Shown: positions 48,475 through 58,584 of the stretch, in pieces
Position numbering within the stretch: position 1 is the stretch's first letter
Layout of the letters: each line of letters starts with the position of its first letter
Assembly (NCBI GenBank): GCA_963743915.1
Contig: CAVURN010000005.1
Span: 416,001-480,000, forward strand
Reading direction: 5' to 3'
DNA from: an uncultured Actinomycetota bacterium
Lineage (GTDB): Bacteria; Actinomycetota; Actinomycetes; JAHEKZ01
Length of the DNA stretch: 64,000 nt
Translations under genes and position numbers: made by a program
Notes under the pieces: model-generated
What the model saw: the letters and a program-made list of their open reading frames with translations, nothing else
The model's database searches: none
What the model was told of the DNA's origin: nothing

Positions 48475-49848
48475 GTGGCAGCGACTCGGGCGGTGATGTG
48501 GTTCCGGCGCGACCTGCGCCTGGCCGACCACCCCGCGCTGCAGGCGGCGCTCGCGTCCGCCGACGAGGTGGTGCCGGTGTTCGTCGTGGATCCGCACCTC
48601 TGGCGGCCCGCGGGCGCGACGCGGCGCGAGTACCTGCTCAGGTCGCTCAACGCCCTGGACAGCTCGATGCGTGGCGCGCTCGTCTGGCGCGCGGGAGACC
48701 CGGTGGAACGGATCCCGGCGCTGGTCCGCGAGGTGGACGCGTCCAGCGTGCACGTCTCTGCGGACTTCGGTCCGTACGGGGCGGCGCGGGACTTCCGCGT
48801 GGAGGCGGCGCTCACCGAGCTCGGGACTCCGCTGGTTCGCACGGGTTCGCCGTACGCCGTAGCCCCCGGTCGTGTCATCAAGGCGGACGGGTCGCCGTAC
48901 CGGGTGTACTCACCCTTCTATCGAGCCTGGGTGGCCCACGGGTGGCGGCAACCAGCCCCATCGGTGGACGGGGCACGTTGGGCATCCGGCGTCGTCAACG
49001 ACCCGCTGCCCATGCTGGGTCAGCTGGGTGCAGGACCGTCCGCGCACCACCTGCCCGATGCCGGCGAGCATGCGGCGCACCGACGGTGGGAGAAGTTCCG
49101 CGACGACGCGCTCGAGCACTACGCCGACGACCGAAACCGCCCGGATGTGGATGGGTCGTCGCGACTGTCGGTGCACCTGAAGTACGGGGAGATCCATCCC
49201 CGGACACTGCTCGCCGAGCTGGGCGACTCGAAACCGCACGAGGTGTTCCGCAAGGAGCTCGCCTGGCGGGAGTTCTACGCCGACGTCCTGCACCACGCTC
49301 CCGAAACTGCTCGCGAGTACCTGCGTCCGGAGTTCGCGGCGATGGAGTACGACAGCGGGCCGGAGGCCGAGGAGCGACTGCGCGCTTGGCAGCAGGGGCG
49401 GACGGGGTATCCGATCGTGGACGCCGGCATGCGGCAGCTGCTGCGCGAGGGATGGATTCACAACCGCGTCCGGATGATCGCGGCCTCGTTCCTCGTCAAG
49501 GACTTGCACCTCGAGTGGCAGGTCGGCGCCCGGTGGTTCATGCGTCATCTCGTCGACGGCGACGTGGCATCGAACGCACACGGCTGGCAGTGGACCGCGG
49601 GGTGCGGCACCGATGCTGCCCCGTACTTCCGGATCTTCAACCCGCTGACGCAAGGCAAGAAGTTCGACCCCGATGGTGACTACGTGCGGCAGTACGTCCC
49701 GGAGCTGCGTCACGTCGCCGGCGCTCAAGTGCACGAGCCGTGGTCGGTGCCCGATGGGCACGCCGACGGCTATCCCGAGCGGATCGTCGACCATGCGGCG
49801 GAGCGGGCAGAGTCGTTGGAGCGCTACGAGCGCATCAAGCGCGGGTAG
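48475..49848 (+). CDS. phrB: Deoxyribodipyrimidine photolyase (cryptochrome/photolyase family)
   Basis: WFRRDLRLADHPAL, SRLSVHL, WREFY, TGYPIVDAGMRQL, HNRVRM, PYFRIFNP. Confidence 0.92.
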   Translation: MAATRAVMWFRRDLRLADHPALQAALASADEVVPVFVVDPHLWRPAGATRREYLLRSLNALDSSMRGALVWRAGDPVERIPALVREVDASSVHVSADFGPYGAARDFRVEAALTELGTPLVRTGSPYAVAPGRVIKADGSPYRVYSPFYRAWVAHGWRQPAPSVDGARWASGVVNDPLPMLGQLGAGPSAHHLPDAGEHAAHRRWEKFRDDALEHYADDRNRPDVDGSSRLSVHLKYGEIHPRTLLAELGDSKPHEVFRKELAWREFYADVLHHAPETAREYLRPEFAAMEYDSGPEAEERLRAWQQGRTGYPIVDAGMRQLLREGWIHNRVRMIAASFLVKDLHLEWQVGARWFMRHLVDGDVASNAHGWQWTAGCGTDAAPYFRIFNPLTQGKKFDPDGDYVRQYVPELRHVAGAQVHEPWSVPDGHADGYPERIVDHAAERAESLERYERIKRG

Positions 49849-49891
49849 CGACCCAGGACTGGTGTGAAGTGCTCCGCTCAGTTCCCGGTGA

Positions 49892-50405
49892 TCACCCCAC
49901 CATCGCGGCGAGGTACCTCCGCGCGACGATCCGCTGGGCACGCTGAGCCAACGGGCTGACCAGCGAACCTCCCCACGGCGCCGGCCTCGAGAAGGCCGCC
50001 ACAGAGCCGACCACCACATCGGTCTCGAGCAGCCGCACCAGGAACGCCTCCTCGCCTCGCTCGGGATGCCCGGGCAAGGTGCCGTACGCGAAGCCCGCTT
50101 CGTCGTCGGCGTTCACCACCTCGACCACTTCGCAGCCGGCCGGGATGAGCAACGGCCCCACGCCGATCGAGAGCCGGACGCGCCGACCGACAGCGACGTC
50201 GCCCTCGGACTCGACGCGGATCCCGGCCGCCCGGTGCATCTGCCACGTCAGGATCCGCTCACGTGCAGCGGTGAACGCATGCTCACCGCGTCCGATGACG
50301 CGCGTCTCTCGCAGCACGTTCCACTCCCCTTGCGAGGCACGGCACGCCACGGGCGAGCGGGATCGACAGTCCACGCAGTCGTTCCGGATAGGTGAACTCG
50401 GCCAC
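49892..50405 (-). CDS. DUF1990 family protein (frameshift near 5' end)
   Basis: MAEFTYP start in another frame; IGRG, GFAYGTLPGHPERGEEAF, AFSRP. Confidence 0.82.
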
Positions 50406-50480
50406 CTCGCCATGGTCGCAGGCGCGCGGGTCCCAGCGGAGGACTCAGCGCGTGTACCCGGTGACAGATGGCGGCCGCCG

Positions 50481-51785
50481 TCAGCTCGGCGGCTGGAGTG
50501 TTCGTCGGCCGGTGGTGTCGATCACGACCTGCCAGCCCTTGAGGTGGACGAGTCGGTGGTGGTGGCGGCAGAGGAGCACAGTGTTCTCAAGGGTTGTGGC
50601 GCCGCCGTGTTCCCAGAAGATGATGTGGTGGACGTCGCAGTGCTCGGGCAGCCGTCCACAGCCGGGGGCGACGCAGGTGCGGTCGCGGGCGATGACGGCC
50701 CGGCGCAGCGGCGGTGGGATGGTGCGGGTGGCCCGTCCGACGTCGATCACCTGGGACGGGCCGTCCATCACGATCCGCGAGACGGTCGCGTCGCAGCCGA
50801 TCAGCTGCACCTGCGAGGCGGTCACCGGACCGGTCCAGGCCAGCTGCCCGGGGGCGATGTCGCGGCGATCGTCCGGAGTGGACGCCAGAGTGGCGTGCTC
50901 GACGATCACCGACAGGTGCGGGCGCACGCCACCCACCTGCACCTGGTTGATCCCCTCCAACCAGTCGGCGCAGATGTCCGCCAGCGCGTCGGCCCGCCGC
51001 TGCGCCGGGGAACGGCCATCAGGTGAGCCGCCGGACGCGTCCGACGTGGCATGACCGTCCCCGTGCTCACCGGACCCCGTGGGTCGACCCTTGGTGTTCA
51101 GGGCGGTCAGCAGCAGCGCACCGGAGACCGGGTCGAGCAGACCGTTGACCGCGACCATGCCGTCGTAGGTCTCCGCCACGGTCAGCCCGCGCCGGTCCAT
51201 CCGCCGGATCGCCTGCTCGTCGGCGCGGTCACGGTCCAAGCAGTGGACCAGCCGGTCCCCGACCCGGCGGAGCTGACCGGGGTCGAGGGTGGTCGCGTGG
51301 GACACCAGTGACTGCTCGGCCTCCTGCCGGCGGTCCTGCGGCACCTGGGCCAGCACCTGGCCGATCACCTGCGCGTGCCGCCAGGACACCTGCCCGTCCC
51401 GCACCGCCTCCCCGGTGCGGACCTGCTGGCCGGTGACGGCGAACGCCACCTTCGCCCGCGCGGTCGCCTCCGCCGGGGACAGCCGGCAAGCGTGACGCAT
51501 CCACGACGCCAACGTCGGATGCCCGGTCTCGGCCAGCTCACCGGACTCGGCAAAGTCCGCCGACGCCGCCAACCACAAACCCTCCAGCTGGTCGATCACC
51601 TGCCGCATCGCCACCAGCCGCTGCCCGGTCGGCAACGACTCCGCCTCGGAGGTGAACCGCTCGAACGCCAGCCGCGCCTCGTCCACCACGAACCCACCCG
51701 GTGGGAACGCTCCGTTCCTCGGCACCCCCGGCACCGCCCAGGCCTCACCCGAAGGGGGTGCGGCGGTGGTGTGCGGGTGACCCAT
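50481..51785 (-). CDS. DUF222 (13E12-repeat) HNH endonuclease
   Basis: QRRADAL, RPHLSV, CDA, RDRTCVAPGC, CDVHHI..W..GG.T...N..LLCRHHH..VH. Confidence 0.9.
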   Translation of the reverse strand: MGHPHTTAAPPSGEAWAVPGVPRNGAFPPGGFVVDEARLAFERFTSEAESLPTGQRLVAMRQVIDQLEGLWLAASADFAESGELAETGHPTLASWMRHACRLSPAEATARAKVAFAVTGQQVRTGEAVRDGQVSWRHAQVIGQVLAQVPQDRRQEAEQSLVSHATTLDPGQLRRVGDRLVHCLDRDRADEQAIRRMDRRGLTVAETYDGMVAVNGLLDPVSGALLLTALNTKGRPTGSGEHGDGHATSDASGGSPDGRSPAQRRADALADICADWLEGINQVQVGGVRPHLSVIVEHATLASTPDDRRDIAPGQLAWTGPVTASQVQLIGCDATVSRIVMDGPSQVIDVGRATRTIPPPLRRAVIARDRTCVAPGCGRLPEHCDVHHIIFWEHGGATTLENTVLLCRHHHRLVHLKGWQVVIDTTGRRTLQPPS

Positions 51786-51913
51786 CGTGGCCCTTCAGGT
51801 GGGGGCCGATCAGGCCCGGCAGGACGGAGGACAACCACTCACTCGACGTCACCTGCGGCCGCTTGCCGACCGCTCCACCAGACCCGCTCCAGACTTCGAA
51901 GGCGGACCACTAT

Positions 51914-51929
51914 TCGAACGTATGTTCGA
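51914..51929. promoter_or_regulatory. LexA SOS box
   Basis: TCGAAC-GTAT-GTTCGA, a perfect match to the actinobacterial consensus, about 130 bp upstream of the HNH gene. Confidence 0.88.
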
Positions 51930-52102
51930 TTATGGCATCACCAACCCCCCGGGTCAACCCTCACCGCGAACAGATTCTTCGACGGTCACTCGCGCGCCGG
52001 CCAGTGACGACTCGATCACGCTGAGTCACTCCCCCTAGTCCGTTCGGCAGACGCCGAGCCGTCCGGCCTTCGCGACGTCCGACGCACCCGTACCCTCCCC
52101 TC

Positions 52103-52900
52103 ATGCGGGTGATGAGCGTCCTCAGCCTCAAGGGCGGAGTCGGCAAGACGTCCGTCACCCTGGGGCTGGCGAGCGCCGCCCATGCCCGTGGGCTGCGCAC
52201 GCTGGTCATCGACCTCGACCCGCAGGCGAACACCTCAGTGGTGCTCGACCCGCCCCGCGTCCAGTTCACCTCCAACGACGTCCTCGCGGACGGGCGGGCC
52301 GGCGTCCTGGCGCAGGCGATCGTGGCCAGCGGCTGGGGGCCGACCATCGACCTCGTCGCCAGCGAGCGGGCGTTGGAGCACCGCGCCGTGCCCGAAGGTG
52401 AGGGTCATGTGCGGCTCCGCGTCACGATGCAGGGACTCGACGACTACGACCTGGTGCTGATCGACACGCCACCGGCGCTCGGCGAGCTCACCCGCAACGC
52501 GCTGACGGCCAGCGATCTCGGGCTCGTCGTCACCGAGCCGAGCCTGTTCGCGCTGCAAGGGGCACAGCAGGCGTTGGACGCCATGAGCGTCGTGCGGGAC
52601 ACCAACCTGCGACTGCATGTCGCCGGGATCGTCGTGAACCGGGTGCGCCCCACGTCGTCGGAGCACCGCTACCGGATGGCCGAGCTGGCGCTTGCCTACG
52701 GCGACCTGCTCTGGCAACCCCCTCTGCCGGACCGCGCAGTCATCCAGCAGGCGGCCGGAGCCTGCACGCCCGTGCACATCTGGCGCACGCAGGCGGGACG
52801 TGAGGTGGCCCGCATCTTCGACGAGTACCTCGACCATGTGCTCGCCACGCAGGTCGAACCCAAACCCCTCCGTCCCGTGTCGGGTGCACCGGCGTCCTGA
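52103..52900 (+). CDS. ParA/MinD-family ATPase (no adjacent ParB)
   Basis: Deviant Walker A KGGVGKTS, IDLDPQAN, LIDTPP; TACCCT -10 box 6 nt upstream (leaderless). Confidence 0.9.
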   Translation: MRVMSVLSLKGGVGKTSVTLGLASAAHARGLRTLVIDLDPQANTSVVLDPPRVQFTSNDVLADGRAGVLAQAIVASGWGPTIDLVASERALEHRAVPEGEGHVRLRVTMQGLDDYDLVLIDTPPALGELTRNALTASDLGLVVTEPSLFALQGAQQALDAMSVVRDTNLRLHVAGIVVNRVRPTSSEHRYRMAELALAYGDLLWQPPLPDRAVIQQAAGACTPVHIWRTQAGREVARIFDEYLDHVLATQVEPKPLRPVSGAPAS

Positions 52901-52928
52901 GACGCCTCGAAGTGAAGGGAGACGGCCG

Positions 52929-53249
52929 ATGAGTCGTCCCGAACCGCGCCCGGCCCTGAAGCGTGCAGACGACGGAGCCGTGCACCCCGCAGCGCCGCGG
53001 GTCGCCCCCGAGCGTCACATCCACCCCGCACCGCACGCACCCACCGTCGTGGGCAAGGAGGGCAAGGCGGGGACGAAGCCCGCCGCCGACGAGACGCCGC
53101 CCGTCGTCGCCTTCGACGGCAAGCCGGTCACGCTCTCGGTCGAGGTGCCCAAACCGCTGCGCAAGCAGCTCCGCAAGGTGGCCGAACGCGACGGACGCAG
53201 CGTCGACGACGTCGTCGTCGAGGCGCTGACCCGCTACCTCGTCGGCTGA
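52929..53249 (+). CDS. Ribbon-helix-helix DNA-binding protein with a disordered N-terminus (ParG/CopG-like)
   Basis: Pro/Ala-rich N-tail followed by VTLSVEVPKPLRKQLRKVAERDGRSVDDVVVEALTRYL; AAGGGAG RBS. Confidence 0.72.
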   Translation: MSRPEPRPALKRADDGAVHPAAPRVAPERHIHPAPHAPTVVGKEGKAGTKPAADETPPVVAFDGKPVTLSVEVPKPLRKQLRKVAERDGRSVDDVVVEALTRYLVG

Positions 53250-53326
53250 CGGCCGCGGCGGCGTCCGATGGGTGCCGCGAAACCTGCATAGATTGCAGGC
53301 GGTGTCACAGGGCACCCATGGAGGGG

Positions 53327-54463
53327 TCAGAGGACGCCGTCGTCCATCTCCGTGATGAGGGCGTCCACGACAGCGCGTAGGTCGCCGTCGTGGGCGGCCG
53401 CCACCGCCCGCTGACGCTGGTAGCTCGCACCGACTCGCAGCAGCTCCTCCACCTTGCCGAGCTCGTCGGCACACCCCAGCTCGCGAGCGACTGGCTCCAG
53501 GTCGGACGCGAGCTCGAGGACCGCGTCACGGAGCGACCGCACCTGCTGACCCTTGTCGTCCACGATGATCTCGGCGTCGAGGCCGTAGCGGGCCGCGCGC
53601 CACTTGTTCTCGCGCACCAGCCAGAGCTTGGGCTCGTGCAGGGACTCGCCCGCGTCCAAGGTTCGGTCGAACGTCTCGACCAGTGACTGCGCGAACGCCG
53701 CCACGACCCCGATCTCGCCGAGGGTGGGGATGCCGTCGCAGATGCGCAGCTCGACGGTGCCGAAGTTCGGGTGCGGGCGGATGTCCCACCACACCTCGCG
53801 GATCGACTCGATCGTGCGCGACGAGATCAGCGTCTCCATGTAGTCCTCGAATGCGTCCCACCCCGAGAGCGCGTACGGCAGACCGGCGGTGGGCAGTCCC
53901 TCGAAGACCTTGCTGCGGGCGGACGCCAGCCCGGTGTCCGATCCGAGCCAGAACGGTGAGGACGCCGACAGCGCCAGGAAGTGCGGGATGTAGGCCATCA
54001 GTGCGTTGTTGATGGGGATCGACTTCTCGGGCGCGCGCACGCCGACGTGCACGTGCACCCCGAAGATCTGCAGACGGCGCGCGAGCCACTGCATGTCCTC
54101 GACCAGCTGCTCGTAGCGGGGGTCGGGACTGATCTTCTGGGTGGTCCAGTCGGTGAAGGGGTGCGTGCCGGAGCACATGACGCCGAGGTTGCGCCGGGCC
54201 GCCGAGACCTGGACCTCCTTCAGCGTGCCGGAGAGGTCGTCGCACGCCTCGGCGACCGTCGAGCAGATGCCCGTGATGATCTCGATCGTCGATTCCAGCA
54301 GCTCATGCTTGGCCTTGGGGTGCTCCTCGCCCGGCACCGGCGCGATCTCCGTGAGGATCTCCGTCGCACCGCTCGTGAGCTCACGGGTGTCTCGGTCGAT
54401 GAGCTCGAGCTCCCACTCGATGCCGAGACTGGCTCGATCCGAGGGCTGGAACGGAATGTGCAC
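53327..54463 (-). CDS. Glutamate--cysteine ligase type 2 / carboxylate-amine ligase (YbdK family)
   Basis: LGIEWEL, SGTHPF, FGVHVHVG, SSPFW, WWDIRP, TVELRICD, ENKWRAARYG. Confidence 0.9.
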   Translation of the reverse strand: MHIPFQPSDRASLGIEWELELIDRDTRELTSGATEILTEIAPVPGEEHPKAKHELLESTIEIITGICSTVAEACDDLSGTLKEVQVSAARRNLGVMCSGTHPFTDWTTQKISPDPRYEQLVEDMQWLARRLQIFGVHVHVGVRAPEKSIPINNALMAYIPHFLALSASSPFWLGSDTGLASARSKVFEGLPTAGLPYALSGWDAFEDYMETLISSRTIESIREVWWDIRPHPNFGTVELRICDGIPTLGEIGVVAAFAQSLVETFDRTLDAGESLHEPKLWLVRENKWRAARYGLDAEIIVDDKGQQVRSLRDAVLELASDLEPVARELGCADELGKVEELLRVGASYQRQRAVAAAHDGDLRAVVDALITEMDDGVL

Positions 54464-54538
54464 GCGCCCAGGCTAGGCCCCCCGGCACCGGCACCGTCAG
54501 TCCTGCAGGCAAAGACTTCCGGCACCGGCGCCGTGGGG

Positions 54539-54712
54539 TCAGACGCCGTAGGGGTGCGAGGGCAGCCCGCCGACGCTCCAGTCATCGGTGCGGGGGGCCG
54601 GGCGGTGTCCGTAGCCGTCCCGCGCGACGATCCGGGTGATGGCGGTGCCGACGAGGAGCGCGAGGACCGCCACCGTTCCCACGAGGGCGACCCACGAAGC
54701 GATCTCGGTCAT
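54539..54712 (-). CDS. Small single-TM protein divergent from the MocR regulator
   Basis: AAGGAGG RBS; 57 aa; TM helix followed by DGYG.RP.P...W..GGLPS.PY. Confidence 0.65.
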   Translation of the reverse strand: MTEIASWVALVGTVAVLALLVGTAITRIVARDGYGHRPAPRTDDWSVGGLPSHPYGV

Positions 54713-54847
54713 TGCACAGTCCTCCTTCTCCGTGCAGGTCCGGGGATCCGGACGCTGGTGGTCCAATTCTGGCGGATTGGCTCATTTAGGAGCCGAATCT
54801 GACCAGTTGGCCTTGTGCTCCTGCAGTATGCGGGCCATGGTGGACCC

Positions 54848-56317
54848 ATGTCATGGGCCACAGATGCTGAATTGGATCAACTTCTGGCGCGGTGGCGCGG
54901 CGAGCTGCGGGGAGCCACTGGTCCACTCCGGGACCACCTGGCCACCGCTGTGCTCGAGGCCGTCGCGACCGGCGACCTCCCGGTCGGAACCCGGCTGCCC
55001 GCCGAGCGCCGGCTCGCGGAGTCGCTCGGCATCAGCCGGGGGACAGTCGTCGCCGCCCTCGACCAGCTCGTTGCGCGCGGCATTCTCGAGCGCCGACCGG
55101 GGTCGGGCAGCTACGTGCGCTCCGCTCCGGTGACAGCGGCACCACTCGCCACCCCCGTCGACCAGGTCCTGGTCGACTTCTGGATGAACCACCACAGCCC
55201 GATCGACCTCGGCATCTCCTCCCCCATCGACCCGCCCACCCTGCTCTTCGCCGGGCTGCAGGCCACGGGGAGCGACCTGCTCGGCCCCGACGGCCACCAC
55301 GGCTACTCCGCCTACGGCGAGACCGAGATGCGACGGGTTGCGGCCCAGCGCCTGACGCACTGCGGCATCGAGTCCCGGGAGGACGAGGTCATCGTCACCT
55401 GCGGCGCGCAGCAGGCGCTGCAGCTGGCCGTCCGCTCACTGGTCAAGCCGGGCGACCGGGTGTTCGTCGACAGCCCCACCTACCCCGGGCTCCTGGCGAT
55501 CCTGCGCCAGACCGGTGCCGTCCCGGTTCCGCTGCGCACCGACGCCGAGGGCATCGTCCCCGCCGATCTCGCCCGTGCCATCGATGAGCACGGTCCCAGC
55601 ATGCTGGCCACCTGCTCCTTGGTGTCCAACCCCGAGGCGTCGGTGCTGTCCCCTCGACGCCGCGACGCACTTCTCGAGATCATCACCCGCCACGACGTCG
55701 TGGTCCTCGAGGACCTCACGCTGGCGGAGACGCTGCTCGACGACATCCCCGTGGGTGCACCGCTCACCGCCGACCCGCGGGTCCGTGGCATCGCCGTCGG
55801 CTCGGCGTCGAAGGTGCTCTGGGGCGGCCTGCGCGTCGGCTGGCTGCGCACCGCCGAGACGTGGCTGCGTCGCATCGCCCAGGCGAAGGCGCTGGAGGAC
55901 TTCGGCACGTCACCGGTCACCCAGCGCATCGCGGCAGCGCTGATGCGGCGGCTCGACGAACAGCCGGAGTGGCTCGGACACCGCCGCGCCGAGCTGCGCA
56001 GCCGGCGCGATCTCATGGTCGAGCTGCTCCACGAGCACCTGCCGACCTGGGGAGTCCAGGCACCGGTCGGCGGGCTCTCGCTCTGGGTGCGGGTGCCGTC
56101 GGTGGACACCACGGACTTCGCCGCCGTCGCTGACCGCTACGGCGTGCACATCATGCCCGGCGAACGGTGCGGCATCGGCGATGCCTACAGCGACCACCTC
56201 CGGATCTGCTTCGACCGTGACCCCGAGGTGCTGCGCGAGGCGGTGGTGCGCCTCGCGCAGGCGCACCAGGACGTCGCACGCATGCCGGTGCGAATGCCCG
56301 TGGCGGTCGGTCCCTAG
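54848..56317 (+). CDS. MocR/GabR-family regulator (GntR wHTH + PLP aminotransferase domain)
   Basis: RLPAERRLA...GISRGTV, GSGSYV; TCGAQQA, SPTYPG, GSASKVLWGGLRVGW. Confidence 0.9.
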   Translation: MSWATDAELDQLLARWRGELRGATGPLRDHLATAVLEAVATGDLPVGTRLPAERRLAESLGISRGTVVAALDQLVARGILERRPGSGSYVRSAPVTAAPLATPVDQVLVDFWMNHHSPIDLGISSPIDPPTLLFAGLQATGSDLLGPDGHHGYSAYGETEMRRVAAQRLTHCGIESREDEVIVTCGAQQALQLAVRSLVKPGDRVFVDSPTYPGLLAILRQTGAVPVPLRTDAEGIVPADLARAIDEHGPSMLATCSLVSNPEASVLSPRRRDALLEIITRHDVVVLEDLTLAETLLDDIPVGAPLTADPRVRGIAVGSASKVLWGGLRVGWLRTAETWLRRIAQAKALEDFGTSPVTQRIAAALMRRLDEQPEWLGHRRAELRSRRDLMVELLHEHLPTWGVQAPVGGLSLWVRVPSVDTTDFAAVADRYGVHIMPGERCGIGDAYSDHLRICFDRDPEVLREAVVRLAQAHQDVARMPVRMPVAVGP

Positions 56318-56328
56318 CTGCCTACGCC

Positions 56329-57075
56329 CTAGTCCAGGTCGGCGAGCGCCAGGAAGCGCTCGACGGCCGCCCGGTCGCCGGCCAGCTGGACGCGCCCCTC
56401 GTTCAGCTCACGCCTGCGCCACAACGTCAGCAGCAGGTCGCTCGCCGAGCCGGTCAGGGTGCCTGGCGCGTCGGCGACACCGATCTCCCAGCGCAGGTGT
56501 CCGTCCTCGAGCCATCCGGTCCATTCGTGACCGGTGTCAGCGGAGTGCAGCGCCAGCCGCGCCTCGCCCTCGTAGGTGCTGGCCGTCGCGAGGAAGAAGT
56601 ACTCCGAGATCCCATCGGCCGCGAGGTCGGTCGCGATCGACGCGTCGTGGCGTCCGGCGGCGTCCTCGGCGTCCCACCGGTGCACGGACGTCTCGTGCGG
56701 CATGCGCCGCTGGATGAACGCCATGTCGTGCTGCGGCGCCCACGACCACACCGGAGTCGACGGGTCGGCGTCGCGCAGCACGCCGATCAGATCGTCCGCT
56801 CCCTGGCGCAACCAGGCGGCCAGCTCCGCATCAGGCGGGTCGACGACCTCAGGGCGCTGCAGCGCCTCGGGGTCCTGCACCTTCTCGCGCGCGATCCACG
56901 TCCAGAAGCGGTGCACCTCGCCGACGTGGTAGGCGAGGTCGCCGAGCGTCCAGTCCGGGCAGCTCGGCACCCGCATCGCGAACCCGGTTCTCTCGAGCAC
57001 CGACGCCAGGCGGTCGGTGTCCTCGTGCAACAGCGCGAGACGGCGTTCGAGCGGGAGCGCCGTGGCCTTCACCAT
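56329..57075 (-). CDS. Mycothiol-dependent maleylpyruvate isomerase family (DinB-like) protein
   Basis: VPSCPDWTLGDLAYHVG, RRMPHETSVHRWD, ADGISE. Confidence 0.85.
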   Translation of the reverse strand: MVKATALPLERRLALLHEDTDRLASVLERTGFAMRVPSCPDWTLGDLAYHVGEVHRFWTWIAREKVQDPEALQRPEVVDPPDAELAAWLRQGADDLIGVLRDADPSTPVWSWAPQHDMAFIQRRMPHETSVHRWDAEDAAGRHDASIATDLAADGISEYFFLATASTYEGEARLALHSADTGHEWTGWLEDGHLRWEIGVADAPGTLTGSASDLLLTLWRRRELNEGRVQLAGDRAAVERFLALADLD

Positions 57076-57260
57076 GCCTGCTCCTGATCATCGCCTTCTG
57101 CCTCAGCGGGCCGCCTGATGACGACGCGGCCCTCCCGGAGCATGCGGTCACCGGGCGACGGGGTCGGGATGACGCGTTGGTGCTGCTCCTCGATCTCGTC
57201 GTGGGCGCGTGCCGCCCCGGGGTTGAAGACCGAGTCGAGCGCACCGAGCACAGCACTCAT
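57069..57260 (-). CDS. Small DUF6191-like protein
   Basis: LGALDSVFNPG.....E......PSPGD pattern. Confidence 0.55.
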   Translation of the reverse strand: MSAVLGALDSVFNPGAARAHDEIEEQHQRVIPTPSPGDRMLREGRVVIRRPAEAEGDDQEQAW

Positions 57261-57270
57261 GCCGCCACGG

Positions 57271-58584
57271 TCACCGAGCCCGCGCCGCATCCACGTCAGC
57301 ACGCCACACCTCCTGCCGGCGGCCGAGAGGCGGCCCGCCCCGCCAGGCTATGCCACCGGGTGACGGGCGTCGTACGCCAAGAAGACCGCGGTTGCGCAGG
57401 ACGAAGGCCAGCGTCGCGGTGATGCAGGCGACCCCACCGGCGACGATCGCCACGCGTTCCCCCATGACGCTGGCGGTCGTGCCGACCACCGCGTCCCCGA
57501 GCCGGGGGCCGCCGGCGACGACCACGATGAACACGCCCTGCAGACGGCCCCGCAGCTCGTCCGGCGTCGCCACCTGAAGGATCGTCGATCGGAACACCGC
57601 GCTCACCATGTCGAACGCGCCGGACAGCGCAAGGAAGAGCAGCGCCCACGACAGCAGGCTGCTCATACCGAAGAGGGCGACCGACGCCCCGTAGCCGCAC
57701 ACCATGAGGACCACGACGAAGCCCTGACGCCGCACGCGTCCGAGCCAGCCCGACAGGAGCCCGGCGACCAGCGACCCCACGGCCGGTGCCGCCGCGAGCA
57801 GGCCGACGGTCCGCGCCCCGCCGCCGAAGGTGGTCGCTGCCAGTGCGGGGAAGAGCGCCCGCGGCTGCGCCAGGACCATGGCACACAGGTCGACGATGAA
57901 GGTCATGAGCAGGTTGCGACGGGTGGACAGGAATCGCAGACCATCCCACACCGCTGCCCATCCGGTGCGGTGCGGCTCGGCCTCGGGGGCGATCGACGGC
58001 AGCCGGAAGAGACCGTAGAGCGCAGCGGTGAAGAGCAGTGCATCCACCAGGTAGGCGGTGGTCAGGCCGTAGCTGTCGATCAGCAGCCCACCGAGCAGTG
58101 GTCCGACGGTGAAGCCGGCACTGAAGGTCATGGTGTTCAAGGCATTGGCCGCCGGCAGCAGCGGAGGCTCGATCAGCCGCGGGACGATGGCCGAGCGTGC
58201 CGGGTTGTTCACGGCGAAGAAGGCCGACTGCGCGGCGACGACGACGTACAGCAGCCACACCTGCTCGAGCGCGAGCCACGCCTGCAGGACGAGCACGAGC
58301 GAGCAGAACCAGAGCCCGGCGGACGCTCCGAGCGCGACGAGACGTCGATCGTGGGTGTCCGCGATCGAGCCGCCGTAGAGGCCGAACAGGACCAACGGAA
58401 AGAACGATGCGGCCCCCACCATGCCGACCGCGAAGCTCGATCCTGTGAGGGCGTACACCTGGATGCCGATCGCGACCGTTGCCATCTGCTGGCCGACCTG
58501 GGCGACAGTCCATCCGCCCCACATGCGCCGGTACTCCGGACTCACCCGCAGCGGTCGCAGGTCGACCACCACCCGACGCGTCAC
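57271..58584 (-). CDS. MFS transporter (EntS/DHA3-like)
   Basis: DLRPLR..PEYRR, GGSIADTHDRR, AQPRALFP, LRGRLQG, GGPRLGD. Confidence 0.87.
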   Translation of the reverse strand: MTRRVVVDLRPLRVSPEYRRMWGGWTVAQVGQQMATVAIGIQVYALTGSSFAVGMVGAASFFPLVLFGLYGGSIADTHDRRLVALGASAGLWFCSLVLVLQAWLALEQVWLLYVVVAAQSAFFAVNNPARSAIVPRLIEPPLLPAANALNTMTFSAGFTVGPLLGGLLIDSYGLTTAYLVDALLFTAALYGLFRLPSIAPEAEPHRTGWAAVWDGLRFLSTRRNLLMTFIVDLCAMVLAQPRALFPALAATTFGGGARTVGLLAAAPAVGSLVAGLLSGWLGRVRRQGFVVVLMVCGYGASVALFGMSSLLSWALLFLALSGAFDMVSAVFRSTILQVATPDELRGRLQGVFIVVVAGGPRLGDAVVGTTASVMGERVAIVAGGVACITATLAFVLRNRGLLGVRRPSPGGIAWRGGPPLGRRQEVWRADVDAARAR

